Source: Mustelus asterias
Taxonomy: Eukaryota
Assembly (NCBI RefSeq): GCF_964213995.1
Contig: NC_135813.1
Coordinates: 60,016,001-60,080,000 of the forward strand
DNA length: 64,000 nucleotides
Direction of reading: 5' to 3'
Below the pieces are notes generated by a model, which made no database searches, was not told where the DNA came from, and worked only from the letters and a program-made list of their open reading frames with translations. The position numbers and the translations under genes were made by a program. Position 1 is the stretch's first letter, and each line of letters begins with the position of its first letter. This document shows positions 38,541-51,870 of this stretch, piece by piece.

Positions 38541-38840
38541 GGGGTGGCACAGATACACAGTGGATAGAATTGCTGCCTCACAGCTCCAGGGCCTGGGTTC
38601 GATTCCAGCTTTGGCTTTTTGTCTGGTGTCTGCGTGGGTTGCCTCTGGGTGCTCCGGTTTCCTCCCACAGTCCAAAGCCGTGCAGATTAGGTGAAACTGG
38701 CCATGCTATTAGTGTCCCAAGGTTAGGGGGATTAGGAGGATAAATACATAGAGATAGGGCAGGATGTGAGTAAAATGTTCTGTCGGAGAGTCGGTGCAGA
38801 CTCGATAGGCTGAATAGCCTCCTTGTGAACGGTAGTGATT
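38541..38840 (+). mobile_element. HE1-type SINE
   Basis: Head and V-domain core. Confidence 0.75.
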
Positions 38841-38929
38841 AGTAACTTAGGACCTAGTAACCCATTCCGTTGCATCGAACTGCTGCAGAAGGGTTGAAAA
38901 GCGATACAACTGATGGGCCACCAGACATT

Positions 38930-39045
38930 AATCCCGCACCCGCCAATGGTTGCCATTGGGATAGGTTTTTGCAGCTCCGGTTGGTTCGCCTTTCAGTACT
39001 CCGATTGGTCATTCCGCCAGAGCGCTCCGATTGGCTAATTGGGGA
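38930..39045. promoter_or_regulatory. CCAAT-box (NF-Y-like) cluster, promoter-like
   Basis: Five CCAAT/ATTGG at 38943, 38955, 39004, 39030 and 39038, with a GC-box-like CCCGCC and GTTGCCAT. Confidence 0.4.
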
Positions 39046-40662
39046 TTCCATGGACACGCTTGTGTGAAGGTGCTTTGAGGAAACCTCTGATTACAGTTTG
39101 CGAATAATTCCCTTGGTTAAAATTAAATCGCCTTTTCCCAAACTCCACGAAAATCCCGTTAAAAATGTGGAATTGACCGCGAAGTGTTTGTGAATTAATC
39201 GGGTGGCAATGTTTGGAAGGAGCAGGGTTGTCTTTTGGCGCATGATGGGGTAATTTATAAGTGTTAAAGAATGGAGAGATACAGAGATTGAGCGGAAAAG
39301 AGAGGAGAGTGAGAGAGACAGGATTAACCCTCCCGTTCGAAAGTCTTGAGAATCCACAGGGAAGGCAAAAGGCGAGGGGGTGGGGGGGGGGGGGGGAGGG
39401 GGGTTGAACACTTCCTCCAACATCGAACTGCATCGAGAATCAAGGCATATCCATACTGAGCGGAGATGTTGGGTATTCTGAAAAAAGTGGATGCTGATCT
39501 ACATTTGGACAACTGAATGCCTTTAATTAAGAATTTCCAAAGTTGTAAGCAACAAGCCGCGCCATGTAAGTGCCGAGCAAAAGCCATCTCTAACAATAGT
39601 ACAATGCCCAGAAAGAAAGCTAAGGAATGTGGTTAATCCCTAAGCCCAATAGGTAATCCTGTGGAAAATTTGAGTCCACCTTCGAACTGGACAGACATGC
39701 ACTAGAAGAAACTCGATATAGAGAAATGCAAAATGGGGGAAATAATTCAGGAAGGGACTACAATTTTAACAACAGAAAATAACGTGTATAGAAAACGAAA
39801 GAGAGCTGGGCTGCTGATCGAGAGCAAATTGAAACCATCTCAACACTGCTTGGTAGCGAATGATAATTTGGGTTCTATTAAAAGATCAAAGCTGTGCGCA
39901 GAAATAGAACGGTAATCTTGCCATTTTCGAGATCATTTGCATTTACAGTTCTACTTGCCCCAGGACAAAATATATTCCAGCGATGGAGCGGATAAGGAAT
40001 AGAGATAGCAGAATGATTGAGGTGAGAGAGATTGGACGATGAACAGCAATGAGCAAATCATATCTGCACTGATTGGAAATCAGAAGGCCGAGAAGCAACA
40101 GGATTTCTGTTTTTTGGGAAATTGAAAAGGATATAAATAATGGCCTGGATATTTGCGGTGCTGTTGAAGATGCAGGAGTTGGCGTATGGTGTCATTGCCC
40201 ATCTTGAAATAGAAAGTAGCTCGTAAAATCCCGCCCGAGGCCAACGGAGAATTCCGTTCTGCGAGTAGAATTCGGCCTTGGGCTCAGATTGACACTCGAA
40301 CTCTGGTCTCTCTCCCTAACGTCTGCTTCCCTCTGCACAGCAATCACTTGCTACACAACTTGCTCAGTGAAAGCTTCTGTTTATGAACTAATTTCAAGCC
40401 ACAACCCACAGCGTGGTCAATGATGGTGTTGCATTGTAATTGGCCTAAACGAGGCGAGACTAATTGTGGTTTATTGTGTGCGCGATAAATCTCTGATTGG
40501 TCTAGACGGGCATGATCAGTTTCTAATTGGCTTCTTGAGGGTAATGACCATTAATGTCATTTCCCATCGTCCACCGATGGCCTTCTGAGGTGTCGATTAC
40601 TTGTGAAACCATCTCTTTCATTAAAGTTTATTTCTGTTACTTGTTGGTCTAGACGGGTAAAT

Positions 40663-41449
40663 AGAATAGCAAATAGCCGGGGAATTCCTGTACCATCAGA
40701 TCAGCGAGATCAACAAAGCGCTTTAATCCTAAACTGCCATCGAATGACCTTGCAGAGAAAGACAACATGTAGACCCCCGGTAGTGACAAGAATGGTTATA
40801 TGGTTATATATCCCATTTCTTAAAGACGTCATCAAAACGCAGTGCCTGTTTTTTTTGGAAGTTAGTGGCTGTTGACACAGGTAAATAGCGGCCACGCGCT
40901 AGTTACTTGAATTGATTGAACTCGTGACCCCATATAAATAGTCCAACAAAGATAGCTAGAGAAATAGGAGGTCAAAAATGGATGGTAACTCTAACCTGCA
41001 ACACTCTGCATTTTGGATTCCCTGTTAACTTTTCAGCTGGAATTATTGTTGCTCTGAATATACCGGATTTGAATTGAACTGAGGTTCAACCCGGAATGTT
41101 GATTTAAACAGACAGCGCAGGATGATTGGGCGCTCATGAGGAACTCTTTCTCTTGGACATTGTTTAATGGTGGAGCACCCAATGCAAAGCTCTGAATTCA
41201 CAAGGCCACTGCAAGTAAGGCCTGTATACTTCACTGATGAAGCGTATGCGGGGTAGCAATTAAAATAGCGAATCGCTGCCTGGTCTTCTCTGTTTTGAAT
41301 GAAACTTGAACAAGTGTCACGACAGCGCAGAGTCTTTTTAAAACTAACATTGTGTAAACATGTGATCAGTGACATTATCAAATTTTATCATTGTACTTCA
41401 ACAATTCACATTGCCGGATTGTCCTGTGTATTGAGCATGCGCCCCACAG
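40663..41449 (+). repeat. IgL J-C intron paralogous block (matches about 62936-64000)
   Basis: Collinear similarity from ATTCCTGTACCATCAGATCAG to ..GAGCATGCGCCCCACAG in both places; the second copy has an extra SINE at 63305-63580. Confidence 0.92.
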
Positions 41450-42842
41450 ACAGAAATCTCCATTATTTCTGCTGTTGAAATCTGATCTGAGTTGTTGCTT
41501 ATTTCGAGGCAGAGACCCGTAATCAGAGAAAGCAGAATGTGACCCAATGTAATAATTCCACTGTAGTAACAATTCCACTGTATTAATAATGCTAATCATA
41601 TTTAACACTTACCTCTTCGACTAATAATGCAGTCGAACTCGTCCACTATAAAACTAAAAGGCCATGTCTTAGCTCTAAAGCTTGCTCGGAAGTTGCATCA
41701 ATATAGCGCCTCCATACCAGCAATATTAAGTGCGGATTGTAACTTGGCTCAGAGTGTAGCACGGTGGATGCTGGGTCGACGAAATATTTTACATTTCTCC
41801 CGACTCCTACTTCTGTCAACCTCAATGTAAAACTTTCTGTCCATATATCACTAGTGTTACATTGTTGCACAAAGTCAAGGTTTCCATCATCTTCTCTAAC
41901 AAAAGACACACATTTAAGGACACAACCCGTACTAACAATTAGTTGCGTTTATTTCGTGACTTGTATCCGAAACATACCAGAGCGTTTGATGAAATATTTT
42001 TATTAATGAGATCCCCAAAATGATCTCCGCGGCCACTTTTCCCCCCACAGACAGTAGTGGGACCAATCCCTGGTTAATCTCCTTTCGCACAATGAGGATA
42101 GTCTGTCGCCACTTCCTAACGTTTAGTGAGTTAGGTCCATCAATCGAGGATCTTGGTTTAATTCGAATCCAAAAGCTGTAACCACGGACTGAGCCACATT
42201 CCCTTCGCTGGAATGTCAGTCTAGATAGCGCGGTCATCTTCCCGTGTGGGGTTGAAACCATCTGAGCCAAGAGGCGAGAATCTCACAGGGTGAAACTGCC
42301 AGAGAAACAGCAACTACACTGCTCCGGATTATAACATAAAAGTTCATCAGCAAAACCTGATGGTAAAACTGATCAACATTTCTTCCCATCGGAACACAAT
42401 AGGGCAATTTTAATGTGTGTTCAGCGTTTGTAATTCCATTTCTAATTTTGACTGGCAGCGCAGATTCTCAATGTGGAGACACGGCAGCTAAAAATATCAG
42501 CGTTATTTTCAACAATATATCATGAACCAAGATATCTTTAATGATATTCTGGGAGACATTGAGAAATATAATGCGCATGTATTGAATTGTTTTCTTTAAG
42601 ATTGAACAGAGTCAACTCCAGTTCGACTCCAGTCAGTCATTACAACTGAACTTCGCTTTTTAGATCCAAATGTCCCATCGATCTCCCTCCTTCATCTTTC
42701 CTCGGATGAACACGCAAAGTAAAGGAATCTATTTATTGTATTCAATGAATGACAGAATTTGGATCATATTGTTTGGAAAATCATAATGCGTCAAACAAAT
42801 CAATTCCCCAACACTACTCAACCTATTTTATTTTTAAACCAG

Positions 42843-43165
42843 GTCCGCAGAAACCATCTGTCTCCCTCCTCCCACCTTCATCGGATCAAATTACAGTGAA
42901 GAACACGGCGACCCTGGTGTGTTTGGTGAGCGGTTTTAAACCAGGAGCTGCGGAGATTGAATGGACTGTGGACGGCAGCGTCAGAGGGAATAGTGTTGAG
43001 ACCAGTCGGGTGCAGCAGGAGGCCAACAACACGTTCAGTGTGAGCAGTTATCTGACTCTGCCAGCCTCAGAGTGGAACTCACACGAGCTTTACTCCTGTG
43101 TGGTCAAACACGAGGCTCTAGCAAACCCACTTAAAACAACCGTCTCCAGATCCAGCTGTATGTAA
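42843..43165 (+). CDS. IGLC: Immunoglobulin light chain constant exon, cartilaginous-fish lambda/type II (no linked VJ visible)
   Basis: Acceptor TTTTTAAACCAG|GT, phase 1; PQKPSVSLLPPSSDQI..ATLVCLVSGFKPG..W..FSVSSYLTL..WNSHELYSCVVKHE..SRSSCM*; both Ig cysteines, the tryptophan and the penultimate interchain Cys present; AATAAA at 43476-43481. Confidence 0.93.
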
Positions 43166-44704
43166 ATTCAGAAACTGTTCTCGGCCCAGCTGAGAATGTT
43201 TATTCATTTCTGTAAATTTCTTTCATGTGACAAAAAGGGTAGAAATTGATCGTATTTCAGAAACTCAAGAAAATGGCCACCGCGGCTGGAGCTTCGGGTT
43301 TTACCACTTGCTCTTTTAAAAGGGCCTTCGATCGGAACACATTGTCGGTGTTCAGTGAAACCTCGTTGTTTATTAATTTACCTTTATGTATCCGATAATC
43401 ATAATTAAAATGCAACAATCTGGTTCTTGCAATTTAAGAGTCTACTCACAGTTAGACATTCAGATAAAACTGTTCAATAAAGCAATTAAGGTCAAATGCA
43501 ATGGGATTCATTATTATTGCTATTTTCAAGACAAGTCAAATCTAACACTTTTGGTATTATTCAGCCTTACGTAATATGTTATATTGATAAACTTTAATTG
43601 TCAACTTTGAGATCTAAGTTATTGTTCATACCCCCTGTTGATGGGGTACCCGAGATGACCGGTACTGCCCAAGCTTTAGTCAATGCAAGCGTCACGAAGC
43701 CAGTATCTCTGTATTAAAAACGTAACTTTATTTAAACCAACAGCCGCCAGGAGGTCATCAAAGGGTTAAGTAGCTCTGACATAGAGCATCAAAACCTCTC
43801 AGATGAATCTAACATATACAATCAAAAACAACTCAATTATGCTTTTTCCTTTATGAATCATTTCGGCCTTTCATTAACTTTAAATCAATCATTTTCAAGA
43901 TACACAAATCAACAGTAAAACATGTCAAATATCTTATCCAACCGCATTCTACCCCTCAGCATAATGGTACTTAATTAGTCTGAGAAATCTGGAAGCTTAC
44001 TCCTGTCTTGGCTAGCTCCACATCCTGGTTGCCTAGGTAACCTAAAATACTTAGCCCAGAGTTCAAATGAACGTTCTCACGGGTTCCCTTAAAGTTCACT
44101 GTACAACCACACTAACTCGACACCACGTCTGGACACCAGTCCATCTCGTCTGGACAATGAATAAACCTACTCATGATATATGATTAGGTATTCGATATGT
44201 TCCTTCCATCCAAAACTTTACTGATAAAACTTGCATGTTTCCAAGGCCCAAAATTCTCTCGAAATATGGTTTGCCTTAATAACTTTTACTATGATGCCTT
44301 GCGGTAAAATGATTTTTGACTAAAATGAGCATATTCCTTAAACTCAATAATAATACATTCAAAAAATCAGCATATGTGTTTTATAATCATAATCATTCGT
44401 TTGAATCAATTACTGTTTTTCATATGTGGAAATAGCTTCTTGTTAGCTGATAAACTCATTTTGACAGTCATTTAACTGAATGCTGCTAGGTCTGTCAGTG
44501 CATTAATGTCTACCGGTTCAAAAATCTTACCAGCCCATTGAGGGTTCCACTAACACTCCCTTTCATCAAATCTCAGAAACCTTTGTTATCTCTTATAGTT
44601 TTTAATAGCTCCTTGTATTTGGCTTCACTCTATTTTTCTGCTGATTTAGACATTAAAGGTATCTGGAAAAAAAGATCCACCTCTGTTACAGAGTCTGGTG
44701 AAAT

Positions 44705-44955
44705 GCCATTGTCGGTACAGTGAAAGGTTGTTTATTAATTATCTTTATGCATCCGATAAGGATAATTAAAATGCAGCAAATCAAATCAATCAAAGCAATA
44801 TGGTCATTGCAGCTTCAGTTTTGGATCACTATTAGAATCTCCCACTCAAGCTGATGAACACAGTAACTGACCTAAGATCAAATGAAATACGTTTTCTCGT
44901 GTCTTTTATTGATTTGACAAAACATGTCAAATCTAATACTTCATCGGTATTATTA
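44705..44955 (+). repeat. Diverged second copy of the IgL C 3' UTR (matches about 43340-43561)
   Basis: Shared CATTGTCGGT..CAGTGAAA..TTGTTTATTAATT..TTTATG.ATCCGATAA..ATAATTAAAATGCA and GTCAAATCTAA.ACTT..GGTATTATT. Confidence 0.7.
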
Positions 44956-45239
44956 AGGATCATGTAGTAAGCTAGGCACAAAGTTACGGGAAACAAATTT
45001 CACCACTGTTATAGAGTCAAGTGAAATACTCAAAGGCAGAGAACTTTACAGCACAGAAAGAGGTCCTTTGACCCATTGTGACTGCGCCGGCCATCACGCA
45101 CCTACCTATTGCAATCCCATTTCCATATACTGTATATTCAAAAGAGCTGTATGACAGGAGTTTTGGGGTTTTGAGAGTTCTGCAAAGGAGGACCAAGACA
45201 TTCATGAGGTAAGAGGCAAGAGTCCTAAATACAGCTTGT

Positions 45240-46220
45240 AACTTTATCTAAACGTATACAGATAAGAAGTGATTCATGGATATTAACGTGCGAAGATCAG
45301 TGGCACAAACTGGTGAAATCATAGCGGAATTACGCCGGTGAAACATTCCGAAAATGATTAGGAATCAATGGTTCAGCAAGAATGAAGAAGTTAAATAAAT
45401 CAATGTAAGACATGAAATTGTCGAAAGTAGTGAAAACAATGAGAATAAATCGCGAAAATGACAAGTTTCATGGGACTGAGGATCTAGTTCATGGGTTTTA
45501 AACGAGCCAACGGCAAGGAGACATTGAAATCAAAATTCCGGAACCCCTTGATTTTGCAACAGTTTCCAAAGGTGAGATGGTCGCAAAGTCAATGCTGATA
45601 TTTACGAAAGGAGGAATAAATAAATTGGGGAATCAGAAGACAGTGAACCTAAAATCAGGGGCAGGCAAAAATCTAGAACCTCGTTATTGGAGGCGTGATA
45701 ACAGGGCACTTAGAATGTCAGTTTTTTGAGGAAGTTACTGGAAAGAAGAATAAAGTTGGATCAACGGGTTTATTAGTATTTTTACAAAAAACTTTGAATC
45801 AGGTACCACCACACGCGTTTATTCAACAAAATTCAAGCACGTGGGATTGGGCGCAATATATTAGCCTGAATTGGGATTGGTGAATGGACAGAAAACAGGA
45901 AGCAGGACTAAATTGGTCATTATCGCGTTGGCAGCGTTTAGAGAGCAGGGTTTGGACAGGATCAAGACTTGCGCCCCCACAATGTGCAACATATTTATAA
46001 TATTTCAATTTTCTACGCAGAGAGCTGTGGAATTGCAGTCACTGTGTTTATTCAAGCCGGAGATTTATTTTGGGTTATTAAGCTATTTATCGAATTTGGG
46101 GTTAGCGCAGGAAGGTGGTCTTGAGGTAGATGGTCTGTTCATGACCTTGCTGAATGGCGCAACAGATTCGAAGGGCCAAAGGTCACCTTCCTGCTCCTAT
46201 TTCTTATGTCCTTATGTCCA
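45240..46220 (+). mobile_element. Highly degraded CR1
   Basis: Remnants such as TTTTTTGAGGAAGTTAC and ..GCTGAATGGCGCAACAGATTCGAAGGGCC..CTGCTCCTATTTCTTATG. Confidence 0.55.
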
Positions 46221-47674
46221 GGCTGTTAAGTGTTTTCTGGTGTTGATTATCCACGAAGGAAATAGGAAGTAATTTAATTTTATTCGGCTTCTCCCATGTA
46301 GATCAATCCCAAGCTGAAGAAGTTTGCCAGGTTAAAAACTGTCAGTGCAAGACTTTAACAGAAACAATGCAAGGTTTCAATCCATCCTTTGCTTGAGCGC
46401 GTGACTGCTGATTTTGGCTTCGTCACAGACTAAGTAATTCAACTGCGCAGCCTGTTTGCCAATGCGCCATTTGACCAGGAACGGTTCTGGAGCCTGCAAA
46501 CCTGCGATGTTTCCTGTGCCAGCTGAAGAACTCTGTCTAGGTACTACTAATGACAGTACAGCCATTTAGCAATTAGATTGATGAATTCCATAGGCATTGG
46601 ACAAAGAAAATTAAACCTGATACATTGTTTTCTGGCCACTGAAACTGATTTACAGCATTTCGACAGAATTGCATTCTTTAATCGTCCCTGTCTCGGTAGA
46701 CTATGACATGCTTCAGAGACGACATGAAACCAAGTCTCTCTTTTATATCCCATGCTGATGTGATTTTTTTTGAAGGAACATTACAGCATAGGAACAGGCC
46801 CTTTGGCCCACCAGGGCTGTGCCGATACAGATGTCTCTCTAATCTAATATTTTCTTGCCTCTAAGTGGTCTATATCTCTCCATTAAATAAAATAAATCCA
46901 TGAAATCAATCCATGGAAGCATTCAAAAAACAAATGGGAAAGTTTCCCCGGTGCCCTGAACCAATAACTAACCCTCAATGAACATCGCTAGAAATGATTA
47001 TGCTGTGATGACATTTCTGCTTGCGGAAGTTTGATGTGCGCAAATTTTCTGCCGTGATCCCTATATCACAGCAGTGACTACACTTCAAAACCATTCCATT
47101 GACTGTGAAGAGCTTCAGGACGTCCTGATATCGTGAAAGGCGCCATATAATTGTAATGAGGAGAATTGTCAGGAGGAGAATTGTCAGAAAAACTATCAGG
47201 GGAAAGAGGAGGAGAGTAGGATTTCCCGGAACTCTCCTCCAAAGTCCCATACAGTCTTGATCGGCTGAGCCGCCTCCTTCTGTATGTACTACTGCTCTAT
47301 GAATGCAAATTATAACTTCGAGGGATGGTATGGAATTGTGAGAGAGAAAGGGTCCAAAAACAATCTTTTTTCGGGAAATAAATCCACGAGCTCCTCATAC
47401 TACTGAAAGGTCTCGAAATAAAGGAATGTGATCATTTCAATTAAATTGTGGAACCAAATGCTTCGAATTTTACAGCGTGCCGTTGAGGAATAGACTCCAC
47501 TCCGAGCAGTGCATGAACTCTACCCAGATTGATTCAATTATATGGATATGCAAAACACGTGATCTCTCCTATTCCTGAGCCCTGATACTGGCGCGCATTT
47601 GATACTCAATTCTCTGTAAATAACGTGCTTCCCAAATGAGACGAAATGATGGCCAAATAGCCGTGAAAACGCAT

Positions 47675-48388
47675 TTTGTATTCATTCGTGGGACATGGAC
47701 GTCGCTGGCTGGCCAGCACTTATTGTCCATTCCTAGTTGCTTTTGGTTAGAGGGCAGTTGAGAGTTATTCACGCTGCTGTGGCTCTGGAGCCACATGTAA
47801 GTCAGACTAGGCAAGGACGGCAGATTTCCTTCCCTGAAGGAACATTAGTGAACCGATAATCGACAATGCTTTCATGCTCATCAGATTTTTTTGAAAGCAT
47901 TCAAATTCCACCAGATGCCGTGGCGGGATTCGAACCCGCGTCCCCATGACATTATCTGAGTTTCTGGATCAATAGCCCAGCGATAATACTGCGAGGCATT
48001 CGCCTCCCCAGCCAGATCAATTGCATCTAAAATATCTTATCATAGAAATCATAGAAACCCTACAGCACAGAAAGAGGCCATTCGGCCCATCGAGTCTGCA
48101 CCGACCACAATCCCACCCAGGCCCTACCCCCATATCCCTACATATTTTACCCACTAATCCCTCTAACCTACGCATCTCAGGACACTAAGGGGCAATTTTA
48201 GCATGGCCAATCAACCTAACCCACACATCTTTGGACTGTGGGAGGAAACCGGAGCACCCGGAGGAAACCCACGCAGACACGAGGAGAATGTGCAAACTCC
48301 ACATAGACAGTCACCCAAGCCGGGAATCGAACCCAGGTCCCTGGAGCTGTGAAGCAGCAGTGCTAACCACTGTGCTACCGTGCCGCCC
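47675..48388 (-). mobile_element. Second-family SINE (about 47675-48010) and a young HE1 SINE (48041-48388)
   Basis: HE1 copy nearly identical to those at 7670 and 37028. Confidence 0.85.
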
Positions 48389-50981
48389 CAAAACAGGAAA
48401 TTGCAGTAACGCTGGCACAAATATCCGAGAAATGGCTGAATACTGGGGAGGTGTCTGGGCAGGGGATATAAGCAGATTAACTCTTTGAATGGCAGCAAAA
48501 GTGATTCATGGAAACACATGTGGTGGGTCTGCCGCCCATTGGGTGGGAAATTCGGGATACATTTAATGAAGATATCATGGAGCATCTGTACAGAAAGCAG
48601 ATCTACAAAGATAGGACGTTAGGGTCATGACCGTAAAGTCATTAACATAACTTATTGTGTTTCTTTGGTAAAGGGCCTTGATAATTGGAAAGTCTGGTAC
48701 TTGAATGTCAGAGAGGCATTTGATACAGATCCTGCGGAAAGATTGGTACTGGAATTGAAGAATGCAGTAACGATTGGAAATATGTTACAATGGAAAATCT
48801 TACAACCACTTCAAGACGAGTGCACATGACTCCCCGATCATACCTCTCCAAGTCTGACCATAACAGACCTTTTTTTTGTGGGTGGTGGGGGCGGTATTAA
48901 ACGAAGATGTAGTTAACTGTCCATGCTTAATTATTTATGTATTGTTTTCAAATAACTTAGTCTGGCTGCCCCCCATGCGTTTAAAGCAAGTAAAAAGGTT
49001 AACTTGCGTTGGTATAAAAACCTACCCAGGTAAAGGTATAAACATATTTCACAAGGTAAATCTCAATTTCGGAACATGCTCACCCACACAGTAAAACACG
49101 CCGAATTACCAAACTATGCAGTAGGCGGCTGTTTCCTTAGCCAAATTAAAATGCAAAAGTTCACTGTGATGAGTATTTTAGTGGTATCTGTGGCTGTGGC
49201 ACATTTTCTGCACGCTGGTCTTGAGTTTGCAGGAATTGAAGTCCATATAAAAGTGCATTCCCACAGGGAATTTATTTTAAGATTGTAATCTGTCTTTTCC
49301 TAAAGGTGATGAAATTTGTACGCGCTGTTTCTTTCGATGTATAGTCACTGTCTCTGTGCTGTGTTGTTAATCTGTAACAGAGAGAGGATCTTAACCGGGG
49401 AGAGAAAGAGGAGTTGCAGAGTATTTCGGCCCCACTGGCACATTGATCTCCGATAACTGTTTTCGCAGGCTTGTGTTCTGTGTTCTGTCATTTGAGTCAC
49501 CTGACCTCTCTCGCCATAATGATCTCAGCTGATGTCGGAACACACATCTGTAAAATCCCTGTCATCTGTTTGATCAGATTCATTATGCATCTTGATGAGA
49601 CAGGAGGAATGCGTGTCTGTTTAACTTTTATCCTTGTCGTCTTTTTGAGTCTGATTAAGAGATAGCATTATCGAAATGTATATTTGAGGTACAGTGCAGT
49701 TTTCAGTAATTATTTTGAAGCAGTTCTCGAGATCGGCAGGTGTTAGATTCCACGAAGGTGTCTGGGCATGTCATAGTTGTATTCCTTATCGGAGTTGTTC
49801 GTCAAACTGGTCAGCTGGTAATACCAGACTCCAGGTGACTTGTGGCAGCCATTTTAATTCAATATCATAACTTGTTTTGTAAACATATTTTAAACAGTGG
49901 AATATGTATTTAATCAGTTGATTAAATGAAAGTTTAATACCACTCATAGACAATTCACGTGATCGTAAGAATAAATAATTGGTAATCAATAGGATCCGGA
50001 TGTCTGCGTCCCGAATATTTTCTTCATATTTGGACAATGACACCTCCGTGTGCAAAATGTGAAGATGTAGTTTGTTTAATATCTTTATATGTGACCTGAG
50101 CTAGGAGTCAATGACACAATGGCAAAAATTATAACTGAAAGTAGGTGAGGAAACAGTGGATTCAAAAGCAGAACATATTCACCCTGGATAGAATTTGAAT
50201 TGAGCTTTGAATTGTGCAGACATCTACCAGATGAACTTCAATATAAAGAAATGCGAAGTGGGGAATATAATTCGGGGGGCGGGGTGTGTGTATGGGGGGG
50301 AGGGGGGATGCTGGTGGTGGTGGGACTTTTATTTCTATAGCGAGGAAGTAATGTTGGTACAAAATGGCAAATGAGAAAAAAGCTGTGCTCTCTTATTGAT
50401 TGATAATAAGTTGAAGATTTCTCAGTAATAATTGGCAGCAGTGACTAATTCTAATGGGACTTTGGGGTCCTTTCAAATGATCATCATCGAGGAGAAATAG
50501 AATCATAACCGTGCCACTTTTCAAGTCATAGGTAAATCCACACAGAGAATGCTGTGTACAATTCTAATTACCATGAGACAACATACGTCATTGATATTTA
50601 GAGGCTTCAGAATGGACCCTATGGAATGTATGAGGATAGAAAGGTCAAACATGAAGAGCAATCATGCAAATTGAGTATGCGCTAACTGGAAGTGGAAACG
50701 ACGAAGCACCGGGATGTCTGCTTTTGGAACTCTAAAGGCAATTGGCTGGTGGCTTGTATATTTGCGGTACTTTTGACAGTGAATCAATCAGGGTCTGATG
50801 CCATTACTCCTCTGGAAGTTACAGTAATCCTGACCTCCACACACTCACAGCAGAGAGGCAGTTTCCATGCAACCACATGTAAGCCAGTTCCAGCTGGAAG
50901 GCTCGAAGCAAGAGTGCAGACATCTTTCTGGAGACAGTTAAAGTCATATTTTCATGGAACCAAGAGCAGACGTTCCCTAGA

Positions 50982-51870
50982 GTAACGGTGGAGCTCAGTG
51001 TTTAACGCTACTGCCTCACTGTGCCAGGAACCCGCGTTCAATTCCCGGCTGGGGTCGCTTTTTGTGCGGAGTCTGCACGTTCTCCCAGTGTCTGCGTGGG
51101 TTTCCTCCTGGTTCTCCGGTTTCCTTCCACAGCCCAAAAGACGTGCTGGTTAGGTGCTTTGGCCATGCTAAATTCTCCCTCAGCGTACCCAAACAGGCGC
51201 CGGAGTGTGGTGACTTCATTGCAGTGTTAATGTAAGCCTACTTGTGACACTAATAAATAAACGTAAAATATCGTATACAGTGTGGTAACTATAAGCTGGA
51301 ATTCACTTCAATAAATCTATTGAATTGGATGCTGTTCAGGGAGAGAAGGATGTGCTCGCCTCGGAAAGGATCCAGAGGAGGTTCACAAGAATGATCCCTG
51401 GAATGAAGAGCTTGCCGTATGAGGAATGGTTAAGGACTTTGGGTCTGTACTCGTTGGAGTTTAGAAGAATGAGGGGGGATCTTATTGAAACTTACAGGAT
51501 ACGGCGAGGCCTGGATAGAGTGGATGTGGAGAGGATGTTTCCGCTAATCGGATAAACTAGAACCAGAGGGCACAACGCAAGGCTAAAGGGATTGATCCAT
51601 TAAAACAGAGATGAGGAGAAATTTCTTCAGGCAGAGAGCGATGAATCTGTGGAACTCTTTGCCGCAGAAGGCTGTGGAGGCCAGGTCATTGAGTGTCTTT
51701 AAGACAGAGATAGATAGGTTCTTGATTAATAAGAGGATCGGGGGTTATGGGGAAAAGGCAGGAGGAAGGGGATAAGAAAAATATCAGCCATGATTGAATG
51801 GCGGAGCAGACTTGATGGGCCGAGTGGCCTAATTCTGCTCCTATGGCTTATGGTCTTATGGTCTTATGAA
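50982..51870 (+). mobile_element. Alternative-tail V-SINE (about 50982-51262) and CR1 3' fragment (about 51340-51870)
   Basis: ORF ERIQRRFTRMIPG..RRMRGDLIETY; (CTTATGG)n tail. Confidence 0.85.

Noticed and set aside
39935-39942. ATTTGCAT octamer as the promoter of a lost V
   Set aside because: No leader or V follows, the context resembles decayed LINE, and the octamer occurs at several unrelated positions
42749-42842. In-frame ATG extension upstream of the C exon (MTEFGSY..)
   Set aside because: Not a signal peptide and runs through the polypyrimidine tract and splice acceptor; likely intron
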